64,000 nucleotides of DNA from Raja brachyura (Eukaryota): contig OY740814.1 of NCBI GenBank assembly GCA_963514005.1, positions 3,782,001 to 3,846,000 on the forward strand. Reading direction: 5' to 3'. The notes beneath the pieces are model-generated. The model did no database searches. It was not told the DNA's origin and worked only from the letters and a program-made list of their open reading frames with translations. Made by a program: the position numbers and the translations under genes. This document shows positions 1-11,210 of this stretch, piece after piece (position 1 is the stretch's first letter; each line of letters begins with the position of its first letter).

Positions 1-216
1 CCACAAATTTGTTTTTATCATTTTACTATGTCAGCAGGTGAATGTGGAATGCAATGTGTTTGAAGATCATTATTAATTTTGGTGCTCAGTTGTATTCCCA
101 ATCAGTGCATAAAACAATGTATGTGGGATTGATTAGACTGTAACAAATGGGATTTTAATTGTTTATTTGCCAAATTATTATTTCCATCAAACACAATGTT
201 TAATATACCAAGAAAA

Positions 217-328
217 GGGCGGCATGGTTGCACAGTGGTAGAGTTGCTGCCTTACAGCGCTTGCAGCGCCAGAGATCCGGGTTCGATCCTGACTACGGGT
301 ACTTTCTGAATGGAGTTTGTATGTTCTC
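217..328 (+). mobile_element. HE1-like tRNA-derived V-SINE, 5' fragment
   Basis: GGGCGGCATGGTTGCACAGTGGTAGAG (A-box-like) ... GGGTTCGATCC (B-box) ... TGGAGTTTGTATGTTCTC (start of V-domain); matches the copy at 632. Confidence 0.75.
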
Positions 329-332
329 TCTT

Positions 333-566
333 TCATTCAGCCCATCAGTCTACTCTGGCAATTCAATCATGGCTGATCATTCTTTCTTTCCCTTCTCCTG
401 CCTTCTCCCCATAACCCCTGCCATCCCTCACTAATCAAGAATCTCTCCATCTCCACCTTCAAAATATCCTATGACCTGGCTGCCACAGCCGTCTGTAGCA
501 AACGATTCCACAGAATCACCACCATCTGATTAAAGAAATTCCCTGTCATCTCCTTTCTAAAGGTAC
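333..566 (-). mobile_element. CR1-type LINE 3' end fragment
   Basis: Reverse-complement similarity to the CR1 3' end at 1780-2005 (CAATCATGGCTGATC, CCTTCTCCCCATAACCCCTG, ATTCCACAGAATCACCACC). Confidence 0.75.
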
Positions 567-631
567 GAGAAGATGAAGATGTTGCAAGCAGATGTGTGTC
601 AACAAATGGTGTGGGGTTTATATTGGGTGAT

Positions 632-925
632 GGCAGCACAGTGACACTGTGGTTGATTTGCTTCCTTACAGTGCCAGAGACCCAGGTTTGATCCTGACTA
701 TGGGTGCTGTCTGTATGAAATTTGTAGGTTCTCCTTGTGACTGCGTGCTCTATTTCCTCCCACGCCCAAAGATGTGTGTTTTTTTAGGTTAATTGACTAT
801 GGTAAAAAGTTTTAATTACCCCAAGTGTGCAGGATAGTGCTAGTGTATGGGGTGATCACTGGTTGGAGTGGACTCGATGGGCCAAATGGCCTGTTTTTGC
901 TCTGTATCTCCAAAGTCTAAAATAA
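632..925 (+). mobile_element. HE1-like V-SINE, near full length, diverged
   Basis: Has a tRNA-like head, a V-domain (TTTCCTCCCAC...CAAAGATGTG...AGGTTAATTG), a CR1-derived tail (GATGGGCCAAATGGCCTG) and a TCTAAA-type terminus. Confidence 0.75.
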
Positions 926-937
926 AATCTAAAGTAA

Positions 938-1460
938 AACTCAGCAGATCAGGGAGCATCTGGGGAGGAGATAAATAGGTGAAACTTTGGTTTTGGACCC
1001 TTCTTCTGACTTACTGTAGTAGGGAGGAGAAAGCTGTGAAAGATAGATGGGGCCAAGACAAAATATAGCAAGTGATAGGTGGATACAGGTGATGGGAGGA
1101 GGGGTGGGTTGGGGGGGGGGGGGGGGGGAGTGAGGTGGGAATAAGTTACAAAGGTTGGGATTGAAAAGTAGACAAAAGGACATCAGATAAGAAGATGGAT
1201 GAAATGTAAAGCTAGTGGGAGGGGTATTGGTGGAAGGGACAGTGTGGAGGGGAAAGAGGGGGTGGTGATAAGTAATTGAAGGACTCATGGATGGGAGATA
1301 AGTGTAAAAAGTGAAGAGAAATGAAAAAGGTGACAGGGAGGAGGGAGATAGTGGGAGAAGTGGAAGCACATGGATGGGAGAGATGGTAGGGGTGTATTAC
1401 TTGAAATTGGAGAATTCAATGTTCATACCAATGGGCTGTAGGCTACTAAAGTGGAATAGT
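938..1460 (-). mobile_element. Penelope-like element 3' end (ORF C-terminus, purine/pyrimidine tract and terminal repeat)
   Basis: Minus strand ~1400-1460 reads ...SLQPIGMNIEFSNFK*, like the L-x-P-x-G-[LM]-N C-terminus of PLE GIY-YIG domains. It is followed by the terminal repeat that recurs across the window. Confidence 0.65.
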
Positions 1461-1656
1461 ATCATCTCAATGTTATTTTAATTATTTTGGATAAATAACT
1501 TTTTCTTTTGTACTATTCAATCTCATAATGTTCTGCCCATGACAACTATGCTCTGGTGATTGCTAACATCACTGCGTTATTGATGGTACCAGCAGTAACT
1601 CTAGACACAAGAATCTTTAGTTCAAATGACCTTGACATACCTTCCTTTACTGAATA

Positions 1657-2005
1657 GTGAAAGACCTGGATAGAGTGGATGTGGAGAGGATGTCTCCACT
1701 AGTGGAAGAGTCTAGGACCAGAGGTCACAGCCTCAGAATAAAAGGACGTTCCTTTAGGGAGAAGATAAGGAGGAATTTATTTAGTCAGAAGGTGGTGAAT
1801 TGTGGAATTCTTTGCCACAGAAGGCTTTGGAGGTCAAGTCAGTGGATATTTTTAAGTCAGAGATATATAGAATCTTAATTAGTATGGGTGTCAGGGGTTA
1901 TGGGGAGAAGGCGGGAGACTGGGGTTAGGATGGAGAGATAGATCAGCCATGATTGAATGGTGGAGTAGACTTGATGGGCCGAATGGCCTAATTCTGCTCC
2001 TATTT
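1657..2005 (+). mobile_element. CR1-type LINE 3' end
   Basis: ORF2 C-terminal motif DRVDVERMSPLVEESRTRGHSLRIKG...FSQKVVN, followed by the tail GATGGGCCGAATGGCCT. Confidence 0.85.
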
Positions 2006-2826
2006 GATCATAAAAACAAAGCCATTAACTCTTAGCATTACCCACATTTGTTTTTTATCATTTTACTATGTCCGCAGGCGAACTTATCGGATGTGCAGAA
2101 GAACAAATGTCTGGGTGTGAAAATACTCAAAGACATTTCAACTTAGTTATTAATTTTTTTGTTTTACATTCAGAAGGTTTTGGTATCCCTTTGAAGCATG
2201 CTTCAACTTAGAGATAACCGTTCCCACGCCTTGCCCTCATACCCTTAAAGGCTGTGTTTGTCTTTATAAATCGGCCTTATCAGTGCTAAATACAATGATT
2301 CATAATGTTGAAATGTGCAAAAGTAAACCTGACCAAAATGCCATTAAAATGGTCTAACCTTTCTTGAGGTTGATAAGGTGCTGATTTCACTTGTTGCAAC
2401 TTCCCTTAATCTCCAAATCATTATCAAAAAAATATTAATAGCTAATGTTATCGTTGATTCTTATAACCTTCGTTGACCTGTTTGACTATGTCATATCCAG
2501 AGCTGCCCCTTTGTTCACCTTGGTACGACCTCGCACCCTGTCTGCACTGAGTCATGTGTCAATATTATATATGTCATGACGCCCTCTCTAGGCTCTATGT
2601 ACTTAGGCTGATAGATACATTTCCAGGGTGAACTGATGGACCTCCTGGAGTCTTTCAGACATTTTTTGGCAATTAAAAAAAAACATATTGAAAAGCAAAC
2701 ACCAAGTCTCTGTGTGAGTTGCTGTGCCTTAATGGCAGTACACAATGCTATCATCCAGAGGATGTGTCATGGTGAATACTGGGAATGCAAAAATACATTG
2801 GCTTACGATAACAACTGACCTATCAG

Positions 2827-4145
2827 AGACATAGAAACATAGAAAATAGGTGCAGGAGGAGGCCATTTGGCCCTTCGAGCCTGCACTGCCATTCATTCTG
2901 ATCGTGGCTGATCATCCACAATCTGTAACCTGTGCCTGACTTCTCCCCATGTCCCTTGATTCCGCTAGCCCCTGGAGCTCTATATAACTCTCTTTTAAAT
3001 TCATCCAGGAATTGGCCTCAACTGCCTTCTGTGGTAGAGAATTCCACAAATTCACAACTCTCTGGGTGAAAAGGTTTTTTCTCATCTCAGTTTTAAATGA
3101 CCTCCCCTTTATTCGTGGCCCCTGGTTTTGGACTCTCCCATCATTGGGAACAATTTTTCTACATCTAGCTTGCCCAGTCCTTTTATAATTTTATATGTTT
3201 CTATAAGATCCCCTCTCATCCAAATTCCAGTGAATACAACCTTTAACATCTTTCCTCATATGACAGTCCACCATCCCGTGGATTAACCTTGTGAACCTAC
3301 GCTGCATTGCCTCAATAGCAAGGATGTCCTTCCTCAAATTAGGAGACCAAAATTGCGCACAATACTCCAGATGTGGTCCCACCAGGGCCCTGGACAACTG
3401 CCAAAGGACCTATTTACTCCTATACTCAAATCCTCTCATTATGAAGGCCAATATGCCATTAGCTTTCTTCACAGTCTGCTATACCTGCATGCTAACTTTC
3501 AGTGACTGGTGTACAAGGACTCCCAGATCTCATTGCACTTCCCTTTTTACTAATCTGACACCATTGAGATAATAATCTGCCTCCTTGTTCTTGCCACCAA
3601 AGTGGATAACCTCACTTTTATCTACATTGTACTTTTTTCTCTTAACATAACTAAATAAGCTTTTACTATCCTTCTTTGGCCAGCTTACTGAAGAAGGGTC
3701 TCGACCCGAAAAGGCGCCTATCTCCTTCGCTCCTTAGATGCTGCTGCACCCGCTGAGTTCTCCAGCTTTTTGTGTACCCTTACCCTCGTACTTCATCTTT
3801 TCACCCTGCATTGCCCCTTTTGTTACCTTCCGTTGTCCTTTGAAAGTTTCCCAATCCTCTGGCTTGCCGCTACTCTTTGCTATGTTATACACCTTTTATT
3901 CTAGTTCCGTTTCATCCCTAACTTCTCTTGTCAGCCACGGTTGGTTATTACTCTCCTTAGAATCTTTCTTCCTCTTTGGAATGAAATGATCCTGCATCTT
4001 CTGGGTTATGCCCAGAAATTCCTGCCATTGCTGTTCTACCGTCATTCCCGCTGGGATCCTTTTCCAGTCGACCTTGGCCAGCTCCTCTCTCGTGCCTTCA
4101 TAGTCCCCTTTGTTCAACTGCAACACTGGCACTTCTGATTTAATC
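2827..4145 (-). mobile_element. CR1-type LINE, internally deleted
   Basis: (CATAGAAA)n tail at 2827 and RT C-terminal peptide PHLEYCAQFWSPNLRKDILAIE. At ~3630 it jumps to an upstream ORF2 segment (LNKGDYEG...W...IPKRK...PWLT). A PLE fragment is nested at 3689-3778. Confidence 0.85.
3689..3778 (+). mobile_element. PLE terminal-repeat mini-insertion nested in CR1
   Basis: TGAAGAAGGGTCTCGACCCGAAAAGG...GCTGAGTTCTCCAGC, flanked by a CTTAC duplication (3684-3688 / 3779-3783). Confidence 0.7.
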
Positions 4146-5377
4146 CTCGTTGGGGAGAGAGAAAGCAAACACAAATCTTTCCCTAAAATACACCCTATTG
4201 ATTACTATCGTCTAGGGTGCCCAGACGGAGTGTATCAAATAGTTCCCAGCCAGTCAGTCCCTATACTGAGGGGTATAGAGAGGAGAGAGGGGTTGGAGGG
4301 GCGGGGGGTTCAGAATAGCACCACCATGGTGATCCCCTAAGGTTTGGCGAGGCAACCAGTCATCAAGGGATGCGGCAGATTTTTTCGCAAGGTTTTGAAA
4401 GTAAGGTCGCACGCTGCTGTACGTAGTTCATACATCAATCCCGAAGCGAGGAATGTGACTCGTAGACTCATAGTTTTCTCCGTAATCAATTGGCTGAAGC
4501 AGCTCCAGATATAGATTGAGAAAATAGGCAATGGTCGTGCATCTTAGCGGCGAGGGACATTTAAACGGCAAGGAGAATTAATTTGTTATCCTGTGATACT
4601 GCCAAGATTGGGCTAAAACAGTTCCAGGCGGATTCAGGACTAACTTCTGTGGAAATGGGGCAATGGGACGGTGACAACGGGGAGAGCGCTGTACATTGCT
4701 TAGCGAATGTTTACAAATCGGCCGCCTGACAATTCATCCAGCATTTCTCAAATGAAAGTCCAACAGATTTTTAAACCATTATAATTATCACTGAGACAGA
4801 TTTTTTTTTTAAACGGTTTGCAGTTCGCATTGACCGGAAATCTGAATGGAATATAATTTAGCTTTCCTGGAGTTATGTCATTAATATTGAGCCATAAAAT
4901 GCTTGTGATGCTTAGGCCTGTCTCTACTCAATGAAGTCATGACATCGGTTTGATTTATGCTCCTATTCCAGATCTAAATCAGCAATGACACTAGTTATAT
5001 TGTTTTAACCTTAGGAGATTGTCTTTTTTTTCTTGATTAATATTTAATTCATAGTCCAAGCGTTTTATGTTACAGTTTAAAAAATGAATGAAATACTTTG
5101 CTTTGAAATCAATGGATGTGCATTCAATCCTTGTGAGAAATATATTAATTAAGGAAGAGTATGATTATGTTGATACGGATCAGTGGGTAATATTTGCTTG
5201 GTCTGGCAATGTTTATTCCGTACCCAAAATGTGTTGCCATTTTTTCATCGTGGTGGGGGTGCGTTGGGACGAATTGTGCCCCCAAATAAATAAAGAAATC
5301 CAGAACTGCTCAATAGCTGCGAAATCGGGGGGGTTGCCTCTGTTGGCAACCCTAATAAACAGCCCAGCCCGATGGAA

Positions 5378-5561
5378 GGTTGACAAAAATGCTGGAGAAA
5401 CTCAATGGGTGAGGCAGCATCTATGGAGCGAAGGAAATAGGCAACGTTTCGGCCCGAAACGTTGCCTATTTCCTTCGCTCCATAGATGCTGCCTCACCCG
5501 CTGAGTTTCTCCAGCATTTTTGTCTCCCTTCGATTTTCCAGCATCTGCAGTTCCTTCGTAA
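5378..5561. mobile_element. Palindromic PLE terminal-repeat insertion with 14-bp TSD
   Basis: 71-bp inverted arms (5382-5452 / 5454-5524) with a 1-nt spacer; CCAGCCCGATGGAA at 5364-5377 and 5562-5575. Confidence 0.8.
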
Positions 5562-5609
5562 CCAGCCCGATGGAACACTGGATTCCAATGGTTATTCCAC
5601 TAATCTATA

Positions 5610-5790
5610 GGTAGACACAAAATGCTGGAGTAATTCAGCTGGACAGGCAGCATCTGTGGATAGAAGGAATTGGAGACGTTTCGGGTTGAGACCCTTCTTC
5701 AGACTGAGTCCGGGGAGAGGGAAACAAGAGATATGAAAGGGTAAGGTGTGAAAACGAGAGATCAAAGGGGCGACGGTGAAGGAAAATGCA
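5610..5790 (-). mobile_element. PLE terminal-repeat fragment with hammerhead-like core
   Basis: Minus strand reads AGTCTGAAGAAGGGTCTCAACCCGAAACGTC at ~5676-5706. Confidence 0.7.
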
Positions 5791-6654
5791 GTTGGGTCTC
5801 CCTGGAGTGGATAATGCTGAGGCAGCGAGCAAATGCCTTGCACCACTGAATTCTCTGATCCCAAGGAATGGGGGCGGAGGATCAGGCGTTGTAGGTGGAG
5901 GGACACTCAATCAACAGTCCAGCATTTATCCCTTGAGCCTTCGAATGGGGCAACTGGTTGTTGATGGGCTATTGTACCACATTTACATGTGAAATGTACT
6001 TAATAATAGTTCAATCAGCGAGTCTATGAAACAGACAATCATATTTGTAACCGTCTTTAAAAAATCGTGATTATCCGGAAACGCTCCATGTTGCTGAACC
6101 ACATTTATCTCGATAAGAAGTGGTGCCCTGTAAAATATAATTATGACAGCGCTAATGCATTATGCAAACGAACTGCAAAATGCAATTGGGGTATACATTG
6201 TTAAGAAAGATTTCCATTAGGTTCCTCTAGGCTTATGACAGATAATTGGACCACGATTTATTCGTTTAGTTTAACGAACACTTGTCAATTCTTCAATTTT
6301 CCCGACACTTATCGAAACAGAAGCTTACCTGTGTACATCTAACAATGAAACATTCGAGACAGTAGGCGGAGGGCGAGAAATTGATATATTTTGAAACTGT
6401 ACAGATGGAACAAGGTTCTGAACTTAAAAATATAATGGTTTACGCTTCTTGCTGTAAAAAATCATGCCGTAGGTATGGAATTAACATTCTGGTTCCTGAG
6501 TCTAGAACTCTGTTTTAGAATCGGTAACATTGACAAAAATTAACAGGTAGTCACTCAACAAATGAGAAGTGTTGTCCTTTTCTAGACTATTGGGTTCTGT
6601 AGTGCCAGGGACAACTTTCACCGTAAGATGCTGCAAGTCATAGGATCTCGGGGA

Positions 6655-6768
6655 ATAGACATTCCTTTTGCTTCTCTCCAGGGATGTTCCCTGACCGGCT
6701 GAGTTACTCCGGCATTTTGTGCCTATTTTCGGTGTAAACCAGAATCTGCAAATCATTCCTATACACAC
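6655..6768 (+). mobile_element. PLE terminal-repeat fragment (3' part)
   Basis: CTCTCCAGGGATG...GCTGAGTTACTCCGGCATTTTGTG...TAAACCAGAATCTGCA, the same family. Confidence 0.65.
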
Positions 6769-7080
6769 TTCTAAAGGTAGTCGCTGACTCAAATGATGGA
6801 CCAAAAACTCAACTGATTGAGAAGCTTTTGATGCGCTATATCTTTAAGCAAGGTACTTAACCTGAGCAGATAGGATGTGTCTATACACTTCATAATTCAC
6901 TCATGTTGAGCTGCTGCATTGATGGGCATGGATGCCCCAATGTTGGCCGTTCTCGGGCAGATTTGGCCTTGGCTGACCCGAGAACTAAATTACAGTGAAG
7001 TTCTTGGGATCGTGTAATGAAGTGGGAAGAACAAGTGCACGGCCCACATTGTTACTGGGCCGCCACATGTTCAGTATGTA

Positions 7081-7268
7081 CAGTGCCCTCCATAATGTTT
7101 GGGACAAAGACCTATCATTTATTTAATTGCCTCTGTTCTCCACGATTTGAGATTTGTAATAGAAAAAAAAACCACATGTGGTCAAAGTGCATATTGTCAG
7201 ATTTTAACAAAGGTCATTTTTATACATTTTGTTTTCACCATGCAGAATTTTCAGCTGTGTTAATACAT

Positions 7269-7301
<33 letters not shown>

Positions 7302-8742
7302 ACCATTTCAGGGCACCATAAAGTCTGGGACACAGATGCAGATATAAGCGAGCTCTCAGCACTTAGTCTTTCCTCTAGTCTTTCCATCACCTTTGGAAAC
7401 TTTTATTGCTGTTGATCAACGTGAGGACCAAAGTTGTGCAATTAAAGTTAAATAAGCCATTACGAGGACTGAAAAACAAGAATAATACTGTTAGAGACAT
7501 CCACCAACCATAGGCTTACCAAAATCAACTGTTTGGGACATCATTAAGAAGAAAGAGAGTACTGGTGAGCTTACTAATCACAAAGGTACTGGCAGACCAA
7601 GGAAGACATCCACAGCTGATGACAGAATTCTCTGCATAATAAACAAAAATCCCCAAACACCTGTCCAACAGATCAGAGACACTCTTCGGGGGCCAGATGT
7701 GGATTTCTTAATGACCACTGTCCACAGAAGACTTCATGAACAGAAATACAGAGCTACACTGCAAGATGCAAACCACTGGTTAGCTGCAAAAATAGGATGG
7801 CCCAGTTACAGTGAGTATTTAGCCAATGAGTACTTAGAAGAGCAACCACAGTTCTGGAAAAAGGTCTCATAGACAGGTGAGACGAAGATTAATTTATATC
7901 AGAGTGATGGCAAGAGCAAAGTATGGAGAAGAGAAGGAACTACCCAAGATCCACAGCATACCACCTCATCTGTGAAACACGGTGGTGGGGGAATTATGGC
8001 CTGGGCATGTATGGCTGCTGAAGGTACTGGCTCATTTACCTTCATTGATGATACAATTGCTGATGGAGCAGCATAATTAATTCTGAAGTGTATATACACA
8101 TCATATCTGCTCAGGTTCAAACAAATGCCTCAAAACTCATTGGCTGGTGGTTCATTCTACAGCAAGACAATTATCCCAAACATACCGCTAAAGCAACAAA
8201 GGAGTTTGTCAAAGCTAAAAAATGATCAATTCTTGAGTGGCCAAGTCAATCACCCTATCTGAACCCAATTGTGCATGTCTTTTACATGCTGAAGAAAAAA
8301 ACCCCTTGTTTTCGGGGCTAGTCCTGCTAGGAACAGGACTAGCCCCCAAAACAAGCATAAGCTAAAGATGGTTGCAATACAGGCCTGGCAGGGCATCACC
8401 AGAGAAGACACCCAGCAACTGGTATTGTCCATGAATCGCAGACTTCAAGCAGCCATTGCATGCAAAGGATATGCAACAAAATACTGAACATGACTACATT
8501 CATTTACATTACATTGCTGTGTCCCAAACATTATGGTGCCTGAAATGGGGGGACTATGTCTCAACACTGTTGTATCTTCTACATGGTGAAAACAAAATGT
8601 ATAAAAATGGCCTTTATTAAAATCTGACAAGGTTCACTTTAACCACATGTGATTTTTTTTTCTATTACAAATCTCAAATAATGGAGTACAGAGGCAAATC
8701 CATAAATGACGGGTCTTTGTCCCAAACATTATGGGGCCAATG
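7081..8742 (+). mobile_element. Tc1/mariner DNA transposon (IR/DR type), full length but inactivated
   Basis: TA duplication (7079-7080 / 8743-8744). TIRs of ~230-250 bp start CAGTG (7081-~7335 and ~8517-8742) and contain internal direct repeats (CATAATGTTTGGGACA). Confidence 0.92.
7421..8487 (+). pseudogene. Degenerate Tc1 DDE transposase
   Basis: Frameshifted fragments include LPKSTVWDIIKK, GRPRKTS, ETKINLY, VKHGGGGIMAWACM, QQDNYPKH and WPSQSPYLNPI, with several stops and indels. Confidence 0.88.
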
Positions 8743-9612
8743 TATTACTGGCAGCTGTTACAAGCGCTGTTATCAGGAACTAAATCATTTCAAATTCCAT
8801 TAATAGTTATATTGTGTATTCAATGTTCAATTGAAACTCTTATTGAACATACGAATTGGTTGCTTAAATACCAATCTTATTATACACGTTATGAAAATTG
8901 GGAGCTATTTGGAAATGTTCCCACCATTTCAGTTGCAATTTCAAAGTAATTTAACTGCTGATTTCAAATAGTATTATGAAACAAAGTGGAACAATTCTGA
9001 TTTTAGTGTCCTCGCCTCCTGCAATATGGGAAACGTAATGGACCTCTTTCTCTCCCTTTATAACTTCTGCAATGCAATTTTCGCTTGATATGTGTCAAAT
9101 CCTGATGCTTCCTTTAACTTTTACATTTACCAGAAAGCAAATTAGTTCCCTAATGGGGCAGACGGCTTCTCTCTGGGTTAGAAATAAATAACGTCGTTGG
9201 GATCCTAACTGGTAGCACATGGAGCCTAGATATGTTTTACGAAGCAATGTAACAATTTTCGTGGAAACTTGAATGGTGAAGTGGCGGTGTGTCTGTAATG
9301 GAACAGTAGGGAATGAAAGAGGGGTGGCTGCGAACGTTTGAGTGGTTTATTTTTGCAGCCACCAATGTATTATCGTGAGCAAACACGCAGAATTAAACTT
9401 GCGGCATTTCTANNNNNNNNNNNNNNNNNNNNNNNNNNNNNNNNNNNNNNNNNNNNNNNNNNNNNNNNNNNNNNNNNNNNNNNNNNNNNNNNNNNNNNNN
9501 NNNNNNNNNNNNNNNNNNNNNNNNNNNNNNNNNNNNNNNNNNNNNNNNNNNNNNNNNNNNNNNNNNNNNNNNNNNNNNNNNNNNNNNNNNNNNNNNNNNN
9601 NNNNNNNNNNNN

Positions 9613-9706
9613 AGTCTGAACAAAGGTCTCGATCCAAAACGTCACCTATTCCTTTTATCCGACGACGCTGCCCGACCCGCTGAGTTACTCCAGCATTTTG
9701 TGTCTA
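9613..9706 (+). mobile_element. PLE terminal-repeat fragment
   Basis: AGTCTGAACAAAGGTCTCGATCCAAAACGTCACC...GCTGAGTTACTCCAGC, immediately after the gap. Confidence 0.65.
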
Positions 9707-10844
9707 TACATCTGAAAGTGGTGGGTGTCCAACAGTTCCCTTCAAACGACTTTGGTTCGGAATTATTCTGGGCATGAGACGGAGAAAGGTACAAGTGCGT
9801 GTTAGGCGTACGGGGTGAGAGGGGATAGAAGAAGTCGAGGTGAAGGCACGAAGAAGAGGACTAAATGGGTAGGCAAGTAGGGCCGGTGGAGAGGGGTAGA
9901 AGTAAAAGGAATTGATGAAATGTGAAGAGGGGGGAGGAAGAGACTGACTGAGGAAGATGAACGTAGCGGGAGGTGAAACTGGAGCTGGGAATGGACCTGC
10001 TTTCCCGTAATCAGTCCTCATTAATTTGTTTTGAGGATATCGTATTAGTCATGGAACGTGCTTCGAGTGTGTGAGCTGATTAGGCCAAGGTAGTGTTTAG
10101 AGCTTGTTTAGGGACGGGGTAGACTGCGCGATTGAGTGGAGAAAAGCTGATTACATCAAGGAATTCTGTATACCTATATTTTTCAGATCATTAGTGAGGG
10201 CTTGGGCTGATTACTGAACGGGCTGTTCTGAACGTGGGATCCCCCTTGTTGTGTTCGCCAAGTTCCCCCAGCCTCTCGCTATTCTGTCATAGCCTGTAAT
10301 AGAATGCTCTTTGACAGGAGTTAAACTCTATCGACCATCCGATTCATTTCTAACTGACAGGGAGGACACATAACATACATATAGCTTTTTTCCCCCAAAT
10401 GAATGTAATAAAGCAATGACGTATAATGCATTCTCAAAGCAATGGGAAGAGATTCCAGTTGAGTGTATTGGTCACATTTTAATGTTTAATGCACAACCTA
10501 ATAGAAATAGGCTGCAGAATAGCGTGAGATCTGTGCTATTCTCGCCGATTATTGTCCTTTCAATTGGTAGACAAGGCATCTCACTCGTATATTTTCTTCA
10601 TGCAGATATCAAAGGTCTTCTGGTCAAACCGATGGGAGGTCATTCCAATAATACCCAAGGTCAGTTCGGGGAGCCAGTGAGTCTCATAGTCATTTTTCAT
10701 TCGCTTGCGACATTAAGTGACAGTTGCAAGAGACTGGATGTTGCTGGCGACCAGCATCGTGTGATGTCATCAGCACATGCCAAGGGATTATAAAGCACAA
10801 CGAGCCACGGGTCTGTAGATTAAAAGGGAGACAGAATTAGGTTT

Positions 10845-11210
10845 AAGCTTTATTATTGTCACATGTATCGCGGTACAGTGTCATTTATTTTTGTTGCATA
10901 CTATCCTATACATGAATGCAAACAAGTCAAACTCGTGGGTAACAGAGAGAGCTAAGGGGGATATAGAGCGTGAAATATAGTTTTCTGCATTTTAACATCG
11001 GTTCCATATCCAAAGTCCAATTCCCACAATGGTGTTAGAGGGGAATCGAACAGTATTGTGTCTTACGGAAGGGCCGTTCAGAAGCCTGATGACAGAGGGG
11101 GAGAAGCTGTTCATGAGTCTGGTGGGGCATTCTTTCAAACTTCTGTATCTTCTGCCTGACGGGAGCAGGGAAAGGAGGGAATAAAAGAAAGGCGACGACA
11201 AAACTACATC
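10845..11210 (-). mobile_element. Rex1/Babar-like LINE 3' end
   Basis: Peptide LLPSGRRYRSL...TRLMNSFSPSVIRLLN; the 3' tail CACTGTACC...CATGTGACAATAATAAA is shared with other copies. Confidence 0.7.

Noticed and set aside
217-300. tRNA gene (A and B boxes present)
   Set aside because: It continues into the V-SINE body and has a second diverged copy at 632, so it is a SINE head rather than a tRNA.
7272-7301. Long poly-C and poly-G runs, here and elsewhere, as G-quadruplex elements
   Set aside because: The run in the left Tc1 TIR corresponds to only G6 in the right TIR, so these are slippage expansions or homopolymer errors with no evidence of function.
9338-9683. ORFs containing X runs, here and at the other gaps
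   Set aside because: Artefacts of translating through N-gaps.
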